From: Octopus bimaculoides
Taxonomy: Eukaryota
DNA: 64,000 bases
NCBI RefSeq assembly: GCF_001194135.2
Contig: NC_068990.1
Span: 74,362,332 to 74,426,331, forward strand
Reading direction: 5' to 3'
The translations under genes were made by a program, and so were the position numbers. Under the pieces are notes generated by a model. It was not told where the DNA came from and made no database searches. It saw only the letters and a list, made by a program, of their open reading frames with translations. Within the stretch, counting starts at the first letter, position 1. Each line of letters starts with the position of its first letter. Positions 62,777 through 64,000 of the stretch are shown here, piece after piece.

Positions 62777-62849
<73 letters not shown>

Positions 62850-63005
62850 GACGGGTTTCTTTCAGTTTCCGCCTATCAAATCCACTCACAAGGCTTGGTG
62901 GGCCTGAGTTTTGTAGAAGACATTTGCCGAAGGTGCCACGCAAGTGGCACTTTAGGCAAGTGTGGTCAGTAAGCAAGCTACTTACCATACAGCCACTCCT
63001 GCGCC
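62570..63005 (-). mobile_element. SINE family B, full length
   Basis: Complete head (aggcgcaggagtggctgtatggtaagtagc) to tail, with a long internal (TA)n(TG)n. Confidence 0.92.
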
Positions 63006-63260
63006 TATGTGAATGTTTTTTATCTTTATATTTTATCTTTTACAATCAAATACAATTACTTTTGGAGAACCGTACTCTTTGTTGACTCCAATTTCTTAAA
63101 TTTTATATTCACACACGACGAATACCCAAACATAAACATAGAAGTATATAATAATGCTACCGGATAGTACTAGGTAATTCTGAGGGTCGACGAGCTTTAT
63201 ACTATGCTGTCTCATGTTCCTAACGGATGATACCATAACTATATAACTATATAACTATAT

Positions 63261-63291
<31 letters not shown>

Positions 63292-64000
63292 TAGATAAAG
63301 CTGATTGATCATGACTCGAATGTTTTTAACCATCGGTCTTCTTAAACCTGGTTGAAATGACAATCAACAACAACACAATAACAACGCAAGATGTGGATAA
63401 CCAATTGGATTTGAACTTTGAATCCTAATATTTGAGACTGAATAATAGCATAATGCATTTAGTCAAACACGCCACTGTGTCTGCCAAGTTACCATCCTCG
63501 AAATAATTAAGTCATATTGATTTAAGGCAAGTAACAGAGAAAAATGCAATGAAATCTTCAAGAAAAGTATTGAGGAGATGGTGTTGATAAAAGCAGCAGT
63601 GTGTGTTAATTAAATAGGCCTAAAGCAAGTAAAGCACTCTTCCATCAAGATGTTGGCAGCATTCCAGATTGCATAATCTGTATCAGCATGTGGGACTGTA
63701 CACATGTAAATATTGTTAAACCAAAGCAAGATTGCTGAGAACAAAGCAGATAACTTTCGTTTAATATCATATCTCCAGCGACAAACTTGTTAATACATAC
63801 ACATTGTCATGTGAAGCACGAACACTAACACGTACTCAAGGGAGCCGTACAATATTGACATTTCTTCAGATTTAGATAATATTTGATTTTTCCTTCGTTT
63901 TGCTGATGATAATCTTAAAACATGACTGAATGAAATAGCGACTTTTCAAACTTAGACCTGATATTTTTTCTTAATTACTGACTTGGTTTATCAATCATTA

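Overview
AT-rich eukaryotic genomic DNA that is microsatellite-dense and broken by about 17 N-gaps. The SINE families and the (TA)n/(CA)n/(TAA)n/(GATA)n density suggest an octopus or other coleoid cephalopod genome; this is inference only. I found no host protein-coding gene that I can support, so the window looks intergenic or deep-intronic. It is dominated by three tRNA-derived SINE families, here called A (Nin/Deu-like core), B (CORE-like with a built-in microsatellite) and C. It also holds at least eight fragments of R4/Dong-clade RLE-type LINEs, two RTE fragments, a decayed DD34D mariner fused in frame to a LINE N-terminus, a Gypsy integrase relic with PPT and 3' LTR, and hAT-, piggyBac- and foldback-type MITEs. 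The most notable element is a core-intact minimal type I hammerhead ribozyme (5404-5454, minus strand) with a palindromic helix III. It lies in one copy of a diverged ~620-bp-spaced duplication whose other copy carries a decayed hammerhead half, an architecture resembling retrozymes or Penelope pseudo-LTRs. Further decayed hammerhead-like relics, a stand-alone tRNA-like gene with a partial tandem copy, a multimerised SINE A-box, inverted SINE clusters and one unexplained unique-sequence island (about 57.0-57.6 kb) are reported. Repeat boundaries were estimated by eye and may be off by 10-20 bp.
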